Shown here in pieces: positions 52,226 through 62,466 of a stretch of DNA of 64,000 bases (the first letter of the stretch is position 1; each line of letters starts with the position of its first letter). The notes under the pieces are model-generated. The model was given only the letters and a program-made list of their open reading frames with translations. It searched no databases and was not told the DNA's origin. The translations under genes were made by a program, and so were the position numbers. Source of the DNA: Brevinema andersonii (GTDB taxonomy: Bacteria; Spirochaetota; DYKD01); assembly GCA_020722765.1 (NCBI GenBank), contig DYKD01000009.1:1718-65717 (forward strand), written 5' to 3'.

Positions 52226-53166
52226 AAACTTTCACGACAGCTTACACATCATTGAATGCAAGTCCAAATGACACATGGCTGTCATTGAACAGGCGTGCAG
52301 AAGATTTTTCCCCTCCAAGTGTCACCACCGATAGGGTGTATGATACGCGTTATAGGACGGCATTACCAGCAGTATTAACGGTCAATAAGCTCAACCGACA
52401 CGCCGGATATAACATTGTCAACACTACATTGAATCTGACAAAACCGCACAGCACATATGCAAGAGCATTGGATATCAGTCCAAGCCTGTGTACAATAGTA
52501 CCAAACCTGGTAACTGCAAAACAACAAATCGCATCATACCTGTTATACACGTGTATTGCGACCTATAAGCAGATCGGCGATATCATAGAACATGTGCATC
52601 ACATGATGGACCTCTCAACTGAGGCATTGAGCAATATACACATCGTATATGGAGAACCACAGGATCCGTCAAACGCGCATGCTAGTTGCATGTTCTGCAC
52701 GAGAATGGATAATACTCGATACTGTGATTTCCAATTCACAGTAGACACCAAGTTGCGGCATCATTATGACGTTTCAAGCAATATTGATGCCGCACCCGTA
52801 TTCAAGAACCTGCTGTTTGCGGCTGAACTGAACAAAACGATCCTGCTGCTTGCGGTCGGTACCAAGAATGTATATGAAGCGTTCGATATTGCGCTCAATA
52901 AGGATATTGATGGCATCATCGAAGCGTTATCCGCATCACTTGAAATGCGCATAGTTGCCATCGAATCATATGCAAAAGGGCATGGTATGAACCCTGCCCC
53001 AGTCGACAGGGCATATTCAGTGATACAGGTTCCTACTGGTATTGATTCCGATGAAACAAGCGATAAAACATTCAGACTTATCACTCAGAAACGGAGCAAT
53101 CTGAAACAGGAAATTTATAGCTCGATCTTTGAAAATGTGCCACAGGAGACAACTGATGTCAAATAA
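52222..53166 (+). CDS. hypothetical protein
   Basis: 314-aa ORF with an ATGA overlap. Confidence 0.6.
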   Translation: MKTFTTAYTSLNASPNDTWLSLNRRAEDFSPPSVTTDRVYDTRYRTALPAVLTVNKLNRHAGYNIVNTTLNLTKPHSTYARALDISPSLCTIVPNLVTAKQQIASYLLYTCIATYKQIGDIIEHVHHMMDLSTEALSNIHIVYGEPQDPSNAHASCMFCTRMDNTRYCDFQFTVDTKLRHHYDVSSNIDAAPVFKNLLFAAELNKTILLLAVGTKNVYEAFDIALNKDIDGIIEALSASLEMRIVAIESYAKGHGMNPAPVDRAYSVIQVPTGIDSDETSDKTFRLITQKRSNLKQEIYSSIFENVPQETTDVK

Positions 53167-55588
53167 GATATCTGCCGTCATCGATAAGCTAAAGGATAAG
53201 CTTGAAGATTACATGTATCTGACAGGGATCCATCCGCCAAAGGGTGCCAGGCATTTCAGCTGCCCGAATAAGGCAGGACATGTCAATGGGGATGCGAACC
53301 CTTCAGCATCGCTGTTTAAGGGCAATGATGGGAAAATGAAATGGAACTGCTTCTCATGCCATAGCGGCAGCGACATATTTGCAATGGCGCATTATATCGA
53401 CAATCTTCCCCTGGATGGGCCTGAATTCATAACTGTGACAGTCAAGACATTGTGCGAGAAACTAGGGATGGAATTCGACCTGGAGAAAGACCTATCTGAA
53501 GAAGAAAAAGAGAGGCTTGATTGCTTCAAGGCGAACAAGCTTATCGCAGATTATCTGGCAACGCATCAGATTGAGACATACCTGATCTCTAGGGATATTG
53601 ATGAGCATATCGCCAAGAAATTATCCATTGGCAGCATAGATAATGACGCACTCTCAAAACTCATAAAGGAAGCGAAGATACCGAAGGAGATCCTGACAAA
53701 GGTATCCATCTATAATCAGGTGATCCCAGGATCATATACGGGCAATCTTTCGCGGGCGATGTTCAATAATAACAGGCTTATCTTTACCATCCATGACAAG
53801 GACGGCAATCCTATAGGATTTACAGCAAGGGATATGACGTGGACAAAGGAATCCAAGAGTCCTAAGTATATCAATTCTGCCAACAATCCCGTATTCAGGA
53901 AATCGGAAGTATTGTACCTGATAGATAAGGCCAGGAAAAAGATCAACGAATCGGGAATGGTCTATATCGTAGAAGGTCCCACTGATGCGGTCAGACTATA
54001 TGCCAACGGCGTATCTAATGTAGTTGGGCAATTAGGCACAGCATTTACTGAACTTCATCTGGATATGCTGAAAAATATAGGGGCTACCCATATAATATTT
54101 GCACTTGATGGTGATAAGGCTGGCCATGATAGCATGATCTCAAATATCGAAGACATCATGCAGATGGATAAGGAAATAAAACTGTCCGTAAAGATCCTTC
54201 CGGATCACGAGGATCCCGACAGCCTGATACGGAAATCGGGAATTGCTGCATTCATCGATCTACCCACTTATGAATTCCCGGAATACGTCGGCATGCTCAT
54301 GCTTGCCAAGATGGGTAAACCTCAGGAAGAGCTGATCAATGAATATATCAAATGGCTGCTAACAAACGTCCCAAAACCTATCAGCAGATCGCGTTACATT
54401 GAACGACTGGCCAAGATGACGAATGTCGACATCAAACTGCTCAATGACCAAATGAATTATTACATCAAGATAGGCGAAGTTGAAGCCAAGGGGACCATGG
54501 AGAAGATATTCTACAAGCTCTCCAGGGACTGGAAGGAATCATCACCTGACAGCAAGTTGGGTCTATTGGACAGTGCCAGAAAGGAAATGGGCATTCTCTT
54601 ATGGAAGGCCAATTCCGACATCATAGGATCCAACCGTACGGATCTGACAGACATGGAAGAACGGCTAATCAATAAGGAAAGTGAGGCACTGGTAACGGGC
54701 TATGCAAGATTCGACCATAATATAACGATACCAAAGAGTGATTCAAGGATATTGTTCGGCGCATATCCCAACATAGGCAAATCAAACTTTACCAGGAATC
54801 TCGCCTATAATATCATCATCCATAATCCTGATGTATCGGTATTGTATTGCAGCCTTGATGACCCTAAGATCAAGACAATTCCTGCGTTCATAGGTATGAT
54901 GAAGAACCATCCCATTAACAATATCAGATATCCGAAATCATTGCCACCAGGTGAACGTAAGAATACCGAGATGTTGCTGAGGAGCGGTTTCAGGGAACTG
55001 CACGAACTCATAGGTTCAAAACGCCTGATCATAAAGGATCAGGTGGATATTCCCACGGTGGATGCATTGGAAAGTCACATCATAGCTTACGTGGATGAGC
55101 TGAAAGAACTGGGCAATAAGCTTGTCGTATTCGTGGATAGCTTGCATTCATTCATGGACCTTAAGGGTAACCAGGATATCCGTGGATCAGTCATCCAGGC
55201 TATCAGTGAAATGAAACGACTAAGTAATACGTATCATCCCACGATTATTATGAACGGTGAACTGAACAAGGAAGGAAGGTATACAGGCAAACGCCCGACA
55301 TTGGCCAATCTCAGTGAAACGGGGAGAATCGAATACCTAGTCGATGTCGGTGGCATAATCCATTCGGACATGTTCTATAAGAAGAGCGATACTGAACGCA
55401 AGTGGCGCAAGAAGGATGTAGACATTGACCTTCCAATACTTGAAATACATATTGAGAAGAACAAGGAAGCCTACTATAAAGGCGATATCTGGTTCTATCT
55501 TGACCCAATCTGCGGTACCATGCGGGAACTTACCGTCGAAGACGAACGCGATATCCGCAGCAAGGAAGAGGAGAAACACAAGAAGTGA
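53156..55588 (+). CDS. bifunctional primase-helicase (CHC2 zinc finger + TOPRIM + DnaB-like)
   Basis: CPNKAGHVNGDANPS...CFSCH, IVEGPTDA, ALDGDKAG, Walker A GAYPNIGKS, Walker B VFVDSLHS. Confidence 0.9.
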   Translation: MSNKISAVIDKLKDKLEDYMYLTGIHPPKGARHFSCPNKAGHVNGDANPSASLFKGNDGKMKWNCFSCHSGSDIFAMAHYIDNLPLDGPEFITVTVKTLCEKLGMEFDLEKDLSEEEKERLDCFKANKLIADYLATHQIETYLISRDIDEHIAKKLSIGSIDNDALSKLIKEAKIPKEILTKVSIYNQVIPGSYTGNLSRAMFNNNRLIFTIHDKDGNPIGFTARDMTWTKESKSPKYINSANNPVFRKSEVLYLIDKARKKINESGMVYIVEGPTDAVRLYANGVSNVVGQLGTAFTELHLDMLKNIGATHIIFALDGDKAGHDSMISNIEDIMQMDKEIKLSVKILPDHEDPDSLIRKSGIAAFIDLPTYEFPEYVGMLMLAKMGKPQEELINEYIKWLLTNVPKPISRSRYIERLAKMTNVDIKLLNDQMNYYIKIGEVEAKGTMEKIFYKLSRDWKESSPDSKLGLLDSARKEMGILLWKANSDIIGSNRTDLTDMEERLINKESEALVTGYARFDHNITIPKSDSRILFGAYPNIGKSNFTRNLAYNIIIHNPDVSVLYCSLDDPKIKTIPAFIGMMKNHPINNIRYPKSLPPGERKNTEMLLRSGFRELHELIGSKRLIIKDQVDIPTVDALESHIIAYVDELKELGNKLVVFVDSLHSFMDLKGNQDIRGSVIQAISEMKRLSNTYHPTIIMNGELNKEGRYTGKRPTLANLSETGRIEYLVDVGGIIHSDMFYKKSDTERKWRKKDVDIDLPILEIHIEKNKEAYYKGDIWFYLDPICGTMRELTVEDERDIRSKEEEKHKK

Positions 55589-56340
55589 GATCTGATATCT
55601 TTGACTATTACTGGGAATGTCCTAAGAAAGCCCATTGGATGACCGGCGGGCAACTGACCATGTTCCCATATAATTATATGATGACTGGACTGATTGAACT
55701 TGTAACATCACCTGGAGCCAAGGTCGACAAAGTAATATCTAAGATATCGGAGTTCCTGGTAGACCCTGACCAGAGACAGAATTACGCCATGATAGCGCAA
55801 TACTTCATGCGCATAAGGAAGTCAATAACTGGCATAGAGATGGTTGTTCCGACCGCACTGGGCAAATATCCTTTCCAGACATACATACCATTCCTACGTC
55901 ATCGGGATTTGTATAAGGGCTGCGATCTGGAATATTTGTGGCCTGATTTTGACGGCAAAATATGGTCACCGCGGGATATGGTAAATAAGCCTGCAATAGC
56001 GGGCATGATCGTATCCTGCCATAAGGAAATGATGCTAATAGATAAGGAAGCTAAATATTCTATAGTGATCATATCCGGGAACATGAGATACAGGTTAAGA
56101 CCAACTAAAGATATACTTGAGCTTGCGGCAAGGCAAGTCATCTCAATATTGGAGGGAGCATATAATGAAGAAGAAAGAACGTGCGCAGGGCCCTATTGTG
56201 ACGAATGTCCAGCCAATAACTCTTGCGATGCTAAATCGTCAGGAATCGAAGATAGCAGTCCAAACTGGGTATTCAAAATATCCAACTGGCAAACTGGACA
56301 AACTGTTGGGAAGAATGATGGCCCTATTACGGAAGAATGA
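55585..56340 (+). CDS. second Cas4-like nuclease candidate (4-Cys)
   Basis: N-terminal WECPKKAHW and C-terminal CAGPYCDECPANNSC (Cx4Cx2Cx5C). The nuclease core motifs are unclear. Confidence 0.5.
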   Translation: MRSDIFDYYWECPKKAHWMTGGQLTMFPYNYMMTGLIELVTSPGAKVDKVISKISEFLVDPDQRQNYAMIAQYFMRIRKSITGIEMVVPTALGKYPFQTYIPFLRHRDLYKGCDLEYLWPDFDGKIWSPRDMVNKPAIAGMIVSCHKEMMLIDKEAKYSIVIISGNMRYRLRPTKDILELAARQVISILEGAYNEEERTCAGPYCDECPANNSCDAKSSGIEDSSPNWVFKISNWQTGQTVGKNDGPITEE

Positions 56341-56527
56341 TATCGACAAGGTTGATGCCATATTCATATCTTCAGCGCTTATGACGACTGTCAAAATGAC
56401 ACATCTGGCAGATGCGTATGCGAGGGGCAACGCGACATATACCGGCATATTCACAAAACAGCACATACATGGGGCAATCGTAAAGAAAACGGTCATGAAA
56501 ATACTTGACAATATGGATAATATTTAG
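56165..56527 (+). CDS. hypothetical protein (start uncertain)
   Basis: GGAGGGAG SD precedes the ATG at 56165, but that start gives a 176-nt overlap with 55585..56340. Later Met codons are possible. Confidence 0.4.
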   Translation: MKKKERAQGPIVTNVQPITLAMLNRQESKIAVQTGYSKYPTGKLDKLLGRMMALLRKNDIDKVDAIFISSALMTTVKMTHLADAYARGNATYTGIFTKQHIHGAIVKKTVMKILDNMDNI

Positions 56528-56550
56528 TATATTCATAGGAAGGAGCTACA

Positions 56551-58569
56551 GTGAAGATTCTCATCATAGGTGAACATCCATCGAACAAGACGGGCTTCGG
56601 AAAGGTCACATCACAGATATACGATTTCCTGCATATCAGGCACCAAACCAAAATATTGGCATATTACGTGCACAATCAACCGGCTGAAAAACACATCATA
56701 CATTCCATGAATCCGAACATACTGCTAGGTGCGGATAAGAATATGATAGCAGACGACAAATTCGGCCGATATACGGCCGCCATTACAATGAAGACATGGC
56801 AACCCGAAATTGTGCTGACTGTCGGCGATATTTGGAACTTCGGATACATTGAACGATTGAGGGCCATCCACCCCAATGTGGTATTCATATCATATTATCC
56901 TATGGAATGCGCGGAACAGCCAGCCAATATTATAGTAAGCTTAGGAGGAGACCAGGCGTTGATAGATATCAGGGATATGGAAAACGCCTATACGTACCTG
57001 GTAGCATATAGTGCCATCAGCCAAAAGCTTCTACCAAACGCAGATGACTACGTATATCATGCGATGGATCCGAAAGAGACGGAAGCGGATGAATATGTCG
57101 ATTTGTCATTCTTCGAAGATAAGTTCGTGGTAGGATCGATCTTCAGGACACAGTATAGGAAAGGGATCGACCAGATGCTGCTGGCAATGGTACATCTGAG
57201 AAACATCTACCCGCAGGCATATGAGAAGACAATATTGTACTTTCATACTGCCAGGATGGATATGATGAAGATAGATATCCCAATGATGATCAAAAGGCTT
57301 GGATTGCAGGATCATGTGATAATGGCAAATGATGTCTATCCTGAAATATTCATGACGAATGGTATCCCTAATCCGGTCCAAGGATTATCGCGTGGCCAAC
57401 TCAATAGGCTGATCAGGCGTTTTGATGCATATCTATCCTTGAGTTATGGGGAAGGCTTCTGCCTGCCATTGATAGAAGCCGCAGCATTAGGCGTAAAGGT
57501 TATCCATCATGATTTCCTGACTATGGGTGAGATTATGAAAGATATCGGCGAACCAGTGAAGAGCATTACTACATTCATGGAAAAGATAAACCAACGTACA
57601 TTCTATATGCCAGATGCAAAGCAAGCAGCGCAGATAATAGCGGACATGGTATTAAAGAAAGCCACTAATGATCGATCAAAGGAAATCAATGACATAATAG
57701 CTTCCAGGTTCTCATATAAGGTCATAGGACCCAAATGGGAATCAATAGTTGAAAAAGCAACAGACAAGCATAGACCTGATACCCGAAACATAACTGTATT
57801 CATCTATCAGAAGGATACTCAGGCTGAATTCATACTGGAAGAGCTGAAACGTGAGCATCCTGCAACATTGCATACCAGCATACGATATGCATATGGTATA
57901 GCCAAGGACTCAATGTTGTTGGCATCAAATCCGAAAGTGGTATGCATGGAATTGATCTATGCAAGAAACAGTATAAGGGCTGATCATATCAAGCAGTTAC
58001 CGACACTGTTAAAGGTCTTATATCCTAACCTGAAAATACATCTAACCATACTCCATGACTTCAATATAATCGATAGTCTTGATACGGCGAAGTATGATCT
58101 GATAAGGTTGCCTGCTGGATGTAAACATAACTTGAAAGTGACAAAGGTAATGGAACTGGCAATTCCTGAGAAACGAGGAGTACAACACGATGATACGCCT
58201 TGGTTCATAGGCAGTAACGAGACAAATGAGGGGGTGATCGAGGCGATAGCGGCGAAACTTCCAGTCATAATCAGAAAAGTCTCAGGTACCGGTAACATTT
58301 ATGAGCATGAACGATTCATCAATTATGCGAAGCGCGCAAAAGGACGATACATGCTTGATACGGATCTGATAGATTCCCCGGCAAAGGACCTAAGGATCCT
58401 ATACTGGTCCAATCACCAACCAGATAATGATTTCCTTATCAGGCATCTGATGAATGATAACCAGATCATAGGTGGGTATCTGACAGTGGACAAGAAGCCG
58501 CATTTCAATATAGATGCGCAACAGTTCAATAGGGTAACGGAATTCATAAAAACACATAAAGGAGCGTAA
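56551..58569 (+). CDS. glycosyltransferase (GT-B, GT4-like core) with a long C-terminal extension
   Basis: GTG start after GGAAGGAG. YGEGFCLPLIEAAALGVKVI matches the E-x7-E motif. Confidence 0.75.
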   Translation: MKILIIGEHPSNKTGFGKVTSQIYDFLHIRHQTKILAYYVHNQPAEKHIIHSMNPNILLGADKNMIADDKFGRYTAAITMKTWQPEIVLTVGDIWNFGYIERLRAIHPNVVFISYYPMECAEQPANIIVSLGGDQALIDIRDMENAYTYLVAYSAISQKLLPNADDYVYHAMDPKETEADEYVDLSFFEDKFVVGSIFRTQYRKGIDQMLLAMVHLRNIYPQAYEKTILYFHTARMDMMKIDIPMMIKRLGLQDHVIMANDVYPEIFMTNGIPNPVQGLSRGQLNRLIRRFDAYLSLSYGEGFCLPLIEAAALGVKVIHHDFLTMGEIMKDIGEPVKSITTFMEKINQRTFYMPDAKQAAQIIADMVLKKATNDRSKEINDIIASRFSYKVIGPKWESIVEKATDKHRPDTRNITVFIYQKDTQAEFILEELKREHPATLHTSIRYAYGIAKDSMLLASNPKVVCMELIYARNSIRADHIKQLPTLLKVLYPNLKIHLTILHDFNIIDSLDTAKYDLIRLPAGCKHNLKVTKVMELAIPEKRGVQHDDTPWFIGSNETNEGVIEAIAAKLPVIIRKVSGTGNIYEHERFINYAKRAKGRYMLDTDLIDSPAKDLRILYWSNHQPDNDFLIRHLMNDNQIIGGYLTVDKKPHFNIDAQQFNRVTEFIKTHKGA

Positions 58570-58570
58570 C

Positions 58571-58897
58571 ATGGCAAACAGGAAATTGTTGGAAGCGCTG
58601 ATTGGCAAGAAGATCATTGTCTTCAGCGGCAATCAGCCCCATATCGGAGTCCTGGATCGTCTGGATGACGATTGGATCAGATTGATAATAGGAGATGGCG
58701 ATGATCCGACAAGTGATCCTATCCCATACCTTGTTCCGATAAAAGGTATAACAATAATAGGGGAAAACGCTGATGCTATACTCAGATCAATTGAGGAAAT
58801 GAAAAAGCGTGCAGCCGAGAAGACGACTCAAGGCGCTGGCAATCATGGCCAGGAACGCAAGATCATCTCAGCACCATCAGGCATGAGGTTCCAATGA
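58571..58897 (+). CDS. possible Sm-like (LSm-fold) protein
   Basis: LEALIGKKIIVFSGNQPHIGVLDRLDDDWIRL resembles Sm1, and LVPIKGITIIGE resembles Sm2. Confidence 0.4.
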   Translation: MANRKLLEALIGKKIIVFSGNQPHIGVLDRLDDDWIRLIIGDGDDPTSDPIPYLVPIKGITIIGENADAILRSIEEMKKRAAEKTTQGAGNHGQERKIISAPSGMRFQ

Positions 58898-59232
58898 GAA
58901 TATTCGATACCAGTATTAAGGAGACTGACAATAAGAATGTCGTCAGTGTCGGTCTCGCGGAAGACAATAAGATATTCTATGCAGCACTAGTCGACCTAAC
59001 AAGCAAGAAATGCTATGTGGAGGAAGTAGGATTGACCGGGGCCAAAAGCGGCTTTACCGGCATCTATAGGAAGATAGACAATGAAGAGGAATGGCAACGG
59101 ATATACAACATGTTCAATAAGGCGGGTGTCTTTGACAAATTCCTCAAAGGTGCAAACTACCATTGGGACAAGAAGAATGGACATTCAAATGTCCCTGGAT
59201 GGTTCAAGGATAAGTTCATCGGACATAAGTGA
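58894..59232 (+). CDS. hypothetical protein
   Basis: 112-aa ORF with an ATGA overlap. Confidence 0.55.
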   Translation: MRIFDTSIKETDNKNVVSVGLAEDNKIFYAALVDLTSKKCYVEEVGLTGAKSGFTGIYRKIDNEEEWQRIYNMFNKAGVFDKFLKGANYHWDKKNGHSNVPGWFKDKFIGHK

Positions 59233-59794
59233 GATATTATCAAGGATCATACGGTTGGTACAGTTCGCACTGAGACATGATGACCTTGATATCACTATAC
59301 AGGGACTGGTGGATGGTGACCAAATGCTGCGATACCTCGTCTATTATATGACAGGTACTACACCGTCCGATGTCACGGTAAGGGAATTTGCAGGCAAGAT
59401 CGGCGATGTAGCTGATCTTCCTGTGGAGGACCTTGAATCGGAACTTTTCCTGGATGCCTATAAATGGCTTATGAAATGGGATAAGGCCAAGTTCAGCGGA
59501 AGCCTTAAGGCTTATCTTGAACGCACATTGCCTTATAGCGTAGCAGGCATTTTATCCAGACATACCAGACATACAGGACTTACCGTTGAACATACTAACC
59601 ATATTGACCTGCCGATGAGCATATTCAAACCTACAGATGATCCAAGGGCATCTATCCTTGGAACAGGTGTCCATATATCTGGACGGACAATTACTGATAT
59701 TGCAAAGCAAATGGGCATCACCTACAGGATGGCTCGATATATAATCACTAAGGAGGCGGACAATGGCAAAGACGAAGACCAGTCTACTAAGTAA
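59177..59794 (+). CDS. HTH-containing putative transcription factor (sigma-like; start uncertain)
   Basis: The C-terminal ISGRTITDIAKQMGITYRMARYIITKE resembles the sigma region 4 HTH. KAYLERTLPYSVAGILSRH resembles region 2. Confidence 0.45.
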   Translation: MDIQMSLDGSRISSSDISEILSRIIRLVQFALRHDDLDITIQGLVDGDQMLRYLVYYMTGTTPSDVTVREFAGKIGDVADLPVEDLESELFLDAYKWLMKWDKAKFSGSLKAYLERTLPYSVAGILSRHTRHTGLTVEHTNHIDLPMSIFKPTDDPRASILGTGVHISGRTITDIAKQMGITYRMARYIITKEADNGKDEDQSTK

Positions 59795-60014
59795 GAAGGA
59801 ATTGGCCAGATTGGATCAGCTCGCAAAATTGCGTATAACCAGGTGGAATCCGGGAGAGAAGCAGAAATTGATTGAAGCGTATAAAAAAGGATATTCAATC
59901 ACAGTCATGAAAAAGGCCAAACTGAGCGATGCAAGCTATACGCGCATATACAACATGCTTGTCAGGGAAAACGTATACCAATATGGGAGGATGCAAGGTG
60001 GGAATCATGAATAA
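59763..60014 (+). CDS. small putative DNA-binding protein
   Basis: 83-aa ORF. WNPGEKQKLIEAYKKGYSITVMKKAKLSDASYTRIYNML looks HTH-like. Confidence 0.45.
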   Translation: MAKTKTSLLSKKELARLDQLAKLRITRWNPGEKQKLIEAYKKGYSITVMKKAKLSDASYTRIYNMLVRENVYQYGRMQGGNHE

Positions 60015-61062
60015 GAAGCTTACAAAAAAAGATGAGCAAACCCTCAGGAAAGAATCCAGGAAAATGAAACTGGACAAGGTCCAATTCGAAGCTCAGCGTA
60101 CGCAGGCTAAACAGGCGGAGAAGATCCGTGAACTGTCGGACATGCTTAAATTGGCAACAGTCCAGATAGAAAGATTGGAAGCGCGCAATGATTTCATTGA
60201 TAAGATAGGAAGTGCACCTGTTAATATCAGACAGATTGAGACAACTTCCTCTACAAACGTGGCAACCGCATTCATGGTATTATCCGATGGTCACATCGAT
60301 GAGACGGTCAATATAAAGTCAGTAAATGGGATCAATCAATATAATCCACACATTGCTGAACAGCGGATAATGGAATTCTATAAGTCCGGTATGCAGCTGG
60401 TCAAGATCCAGCGAAGTGGAATAAAGATCGACAACCTGGTACAACCTATCCTTGGAGATATGATCTCCGGTCATATACATGAGGATCCAAAACAGACCAA
60501 TTCAATGACTCCTACTAGAGCTGTACTATTCGCAAGGGATCTTATCATATCCGGCCTGACTTCATTGCAGAAACATTTCAACAGGATCATTGTTCCATTC
60601 TGTGTAGGCAACCATGGGCAGTTACGGTCAGGTGGTGAGAGGACACTCATCATTGAGAACAACCTGGAATATATCCTTGCACATTTCCTAGCCGAACACT
60701 TCAAGAAAACCAATGTTGAAATCATAATACCTACAGGATACTTCCAATGGTTGAACGTGTATGGTAGGGATATCAGGATGCATCATGGTGAAACTATCAG
60801 ATATGGAGGAGGAATTGGCGGAGTGACCATACCATTACTTAAAGCTATTGCAAACTTTAATACGATAAAGCCGGCGTATATAGACATTATCGGCCATATT
60901 CACCAGTCACTGAGGGGTAAGAACTACATTACAAATGGTTCTGTAATCGGATATAACGAGTTCGCACAATCCATCAAGGCACAATACGAACCACCTTCCC
61001 AGGCTTTCTTTCTGATAGACAAAAAGCATGGATTGACACTGCACACTCCCATATATCTGTAG
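60007..61062 (+). CDS. metallophosphoesterase (possible Mre11/SbcD-type nuclease)
   Basis: ATG at 60007. Contains LSDGHIDE, GDMISGHIHE, GNHGQ, HHGE and GHIHQS. Confidence 0.65.
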   Translation: MNKKLTKKDEQTLRKESRKMKLDKVQFEAQRTQAKQAEKIRELSDMLKLATVQIERLEARNDFIDKIGSAPVNIRQIETTSSTNVATAFMVLSDGHIDETVNIKSVNGINQYNPHIAEQRIMEFYKSGMQLVKIQRSGIKIDNLVQPILGDMISGHIHEDPKQTNSMTPTRAVLFARDLIISGLTSLQKHFNRIIVPFCVGNHGQLRSGGERTLIIENNLEYILAHFLAEHFKKTNVEIIIPTGYFQWLNVYGRDIRMHHGETIRYGGGIGGVTIPLLKAIANFNTIKPAYIDIIGHIHQSLRGKNYITNGSVIGYNEFAQSIKAQYEPPSQAFFLIDKKHGLTLHTPIYL

Positions 61063-61100
61063 GATTACAGGTTTGAATAATAAATGTAAAAGGAGACCAT

Positions 61101-61568
61101 ATGAAGATTTACATCATTGACCAGGAACTGGCACCGGCAAAAGGTACGGCAGCAAGCGCAGGCATTGACCTGAAAGCAAGGTTGGATACCCTCATCAAAT
61201 CAGGACAGGAAGCAAGAGTGCCGTGTAACGTGGTGATTGATTACACCCATGATGCGAGCGTAAGACCTGCGCCCGATTCATTGGTCGCAATAGTATCAGC
61301 GAGATCAAGCCTATTCAGAAACACCGGTTGTATCATGACAAACGGGATAGGCATCATCGACCCTGATTTTTGTGGGAGAGAAGATGAGATCCAGATGTCC
61401 CTGTACAACACTGGCGCGGAAGATGTCATAATCAAGCGCGGCGACCGGATAGGACAGATCCTGCTAATGCACAACCGTCTCGCCAAGATAGAATATCTTG
61501 ATAACGCAGATAACCCGAATAACAGGAACCGCGGCGGCTTCGGCAGCACAGGCGGATATTCCAAATAG
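61101..61568 (+). CDS. dut: dUTP diphosphatase
   Basis: ASAGIDLKA, ARSSL, GIIDPDFCGRED, GDRIGQILL and RGGFGSTG. Confidence 0.9.
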   Translation: MKIYIIDQELAPAKGTAASAGIDLKARLDTLIKSGQEARVPCNVVIDYTHDASVRPAPDSLVAIVSARSSLFRNTGCIMTNGIGIIDPDFCGREDEIQMSLYNTGAEDVIIKRGDRIGQILLMHNRLAKIEYLDNADNPNNRNRGGFGSTGGYSK

Positions 61569-61577
61569 GAGATTAAT

Positions 61578-61796
61578 ATGGCAGGCAACGACAACATTTC
61601 AGGCAAGCATCTCGCAGCTAGGCCTTCTGATGAGGCGATCTATAGGAGCATCACATCATTGAGTAGAACCACGCAGATCCGTCTGGTACGGGAAATATTC
61701 CGCAAGTTACCTATGGAAAGGATAGCCGACATCATGGAGCAATATCCGCAGGCATTGGCAATCATCGAACGGAGGAAAACCGATGGCATACAGTAG
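61578..61796 (+). CDS. hypothetical protein
   Basis: GGAG SD. 72 aa. Confidence 0.5.
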   Translation: MAGNDNISGKHLAARPSDEAIYRSITSLSRTTQIRLVREIFRKLPMERIADIMEQYPQALAIIERRKTDGIQ

Positions 61797-62067
61797 ATGG
61801 CTTGGTTCTTACTGGTATACCTACTGGCATAACCAGGGGAATGTGCCTCAACCTGAACGTAGGGATGACCAGTTATTCAGTGTAGACTGCAACTGGTTGT
61901 TTACTTATCGCCAGCTGAAAGATGATATCGAAGCTTGCATAACCAAGGTAATGGATGGCGTGAAAGCGCGCTATACTGTTCAACCAACGGAAGAGGAAAT
62001 CTCCGAACTCATGGGCTACATGCGCGAGTTCATAAATGATGTCGAAAACAAGCAAGAATTGGTATGA
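61783..62067 (+). CDS. hypothetical protein
   Basis: 94-aa ORF. Confidence 0.55.
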   Translation: MAYSRWLGSYWYTYWHNQGNVPQPERRDDQLFSVDCNWLFTYRQLKDDIEACITKVMDGVKARYTVQPTEEEISELMGYMREFINDVENKQELV

Positions 62068-62178
62068 TGGAAGCAGTCAGTGCCGTCTGAGCCGCTGGTG
62101 TGGACACAATTAATCGAGTCAGGAGGCTGAAAGATCTCGAGCTGACTGTCCTTATTATGCAATGACAGGAGATAATGA

Positions 62179-62466
62179 ATGAAAAGCAAGGTATTACATC
62201 TTCATTGTAACCCAGGCTGCCATCATCTGACTTTCACAGCAATATTCAAAAACTACCATTGCGCATCGGATGACATAGACGAATGGTACATATCGTTCTT
62301 CGGCAACCTGTTCTATGAAGGTCAGTCAACATGGTGGACAAGGCTCAAGTATAGGCTTGAACTTATCTGGGCAATCATAAGAGGCAAGGAATACCGGCTC
62401 TTTGACATGGTAGTATCAGATAAGAACATGAAGGAATTCGTAAGGAAGTATCAGAGCCACAAATGA
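62179..62466 (+). CDS. hypothetical protein
   Basis: AGGAG SD. 95 aa. Confidence 0.5.
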   Translation: MKSKVLHLHCNPGCHHLTFTAIFKNYHCASDDIDEWYISFFGNLFYEGQSTWWTRLKYRLELIWAIIRGKEYRLFDMVVSDKNMKEFVRKYQSHK

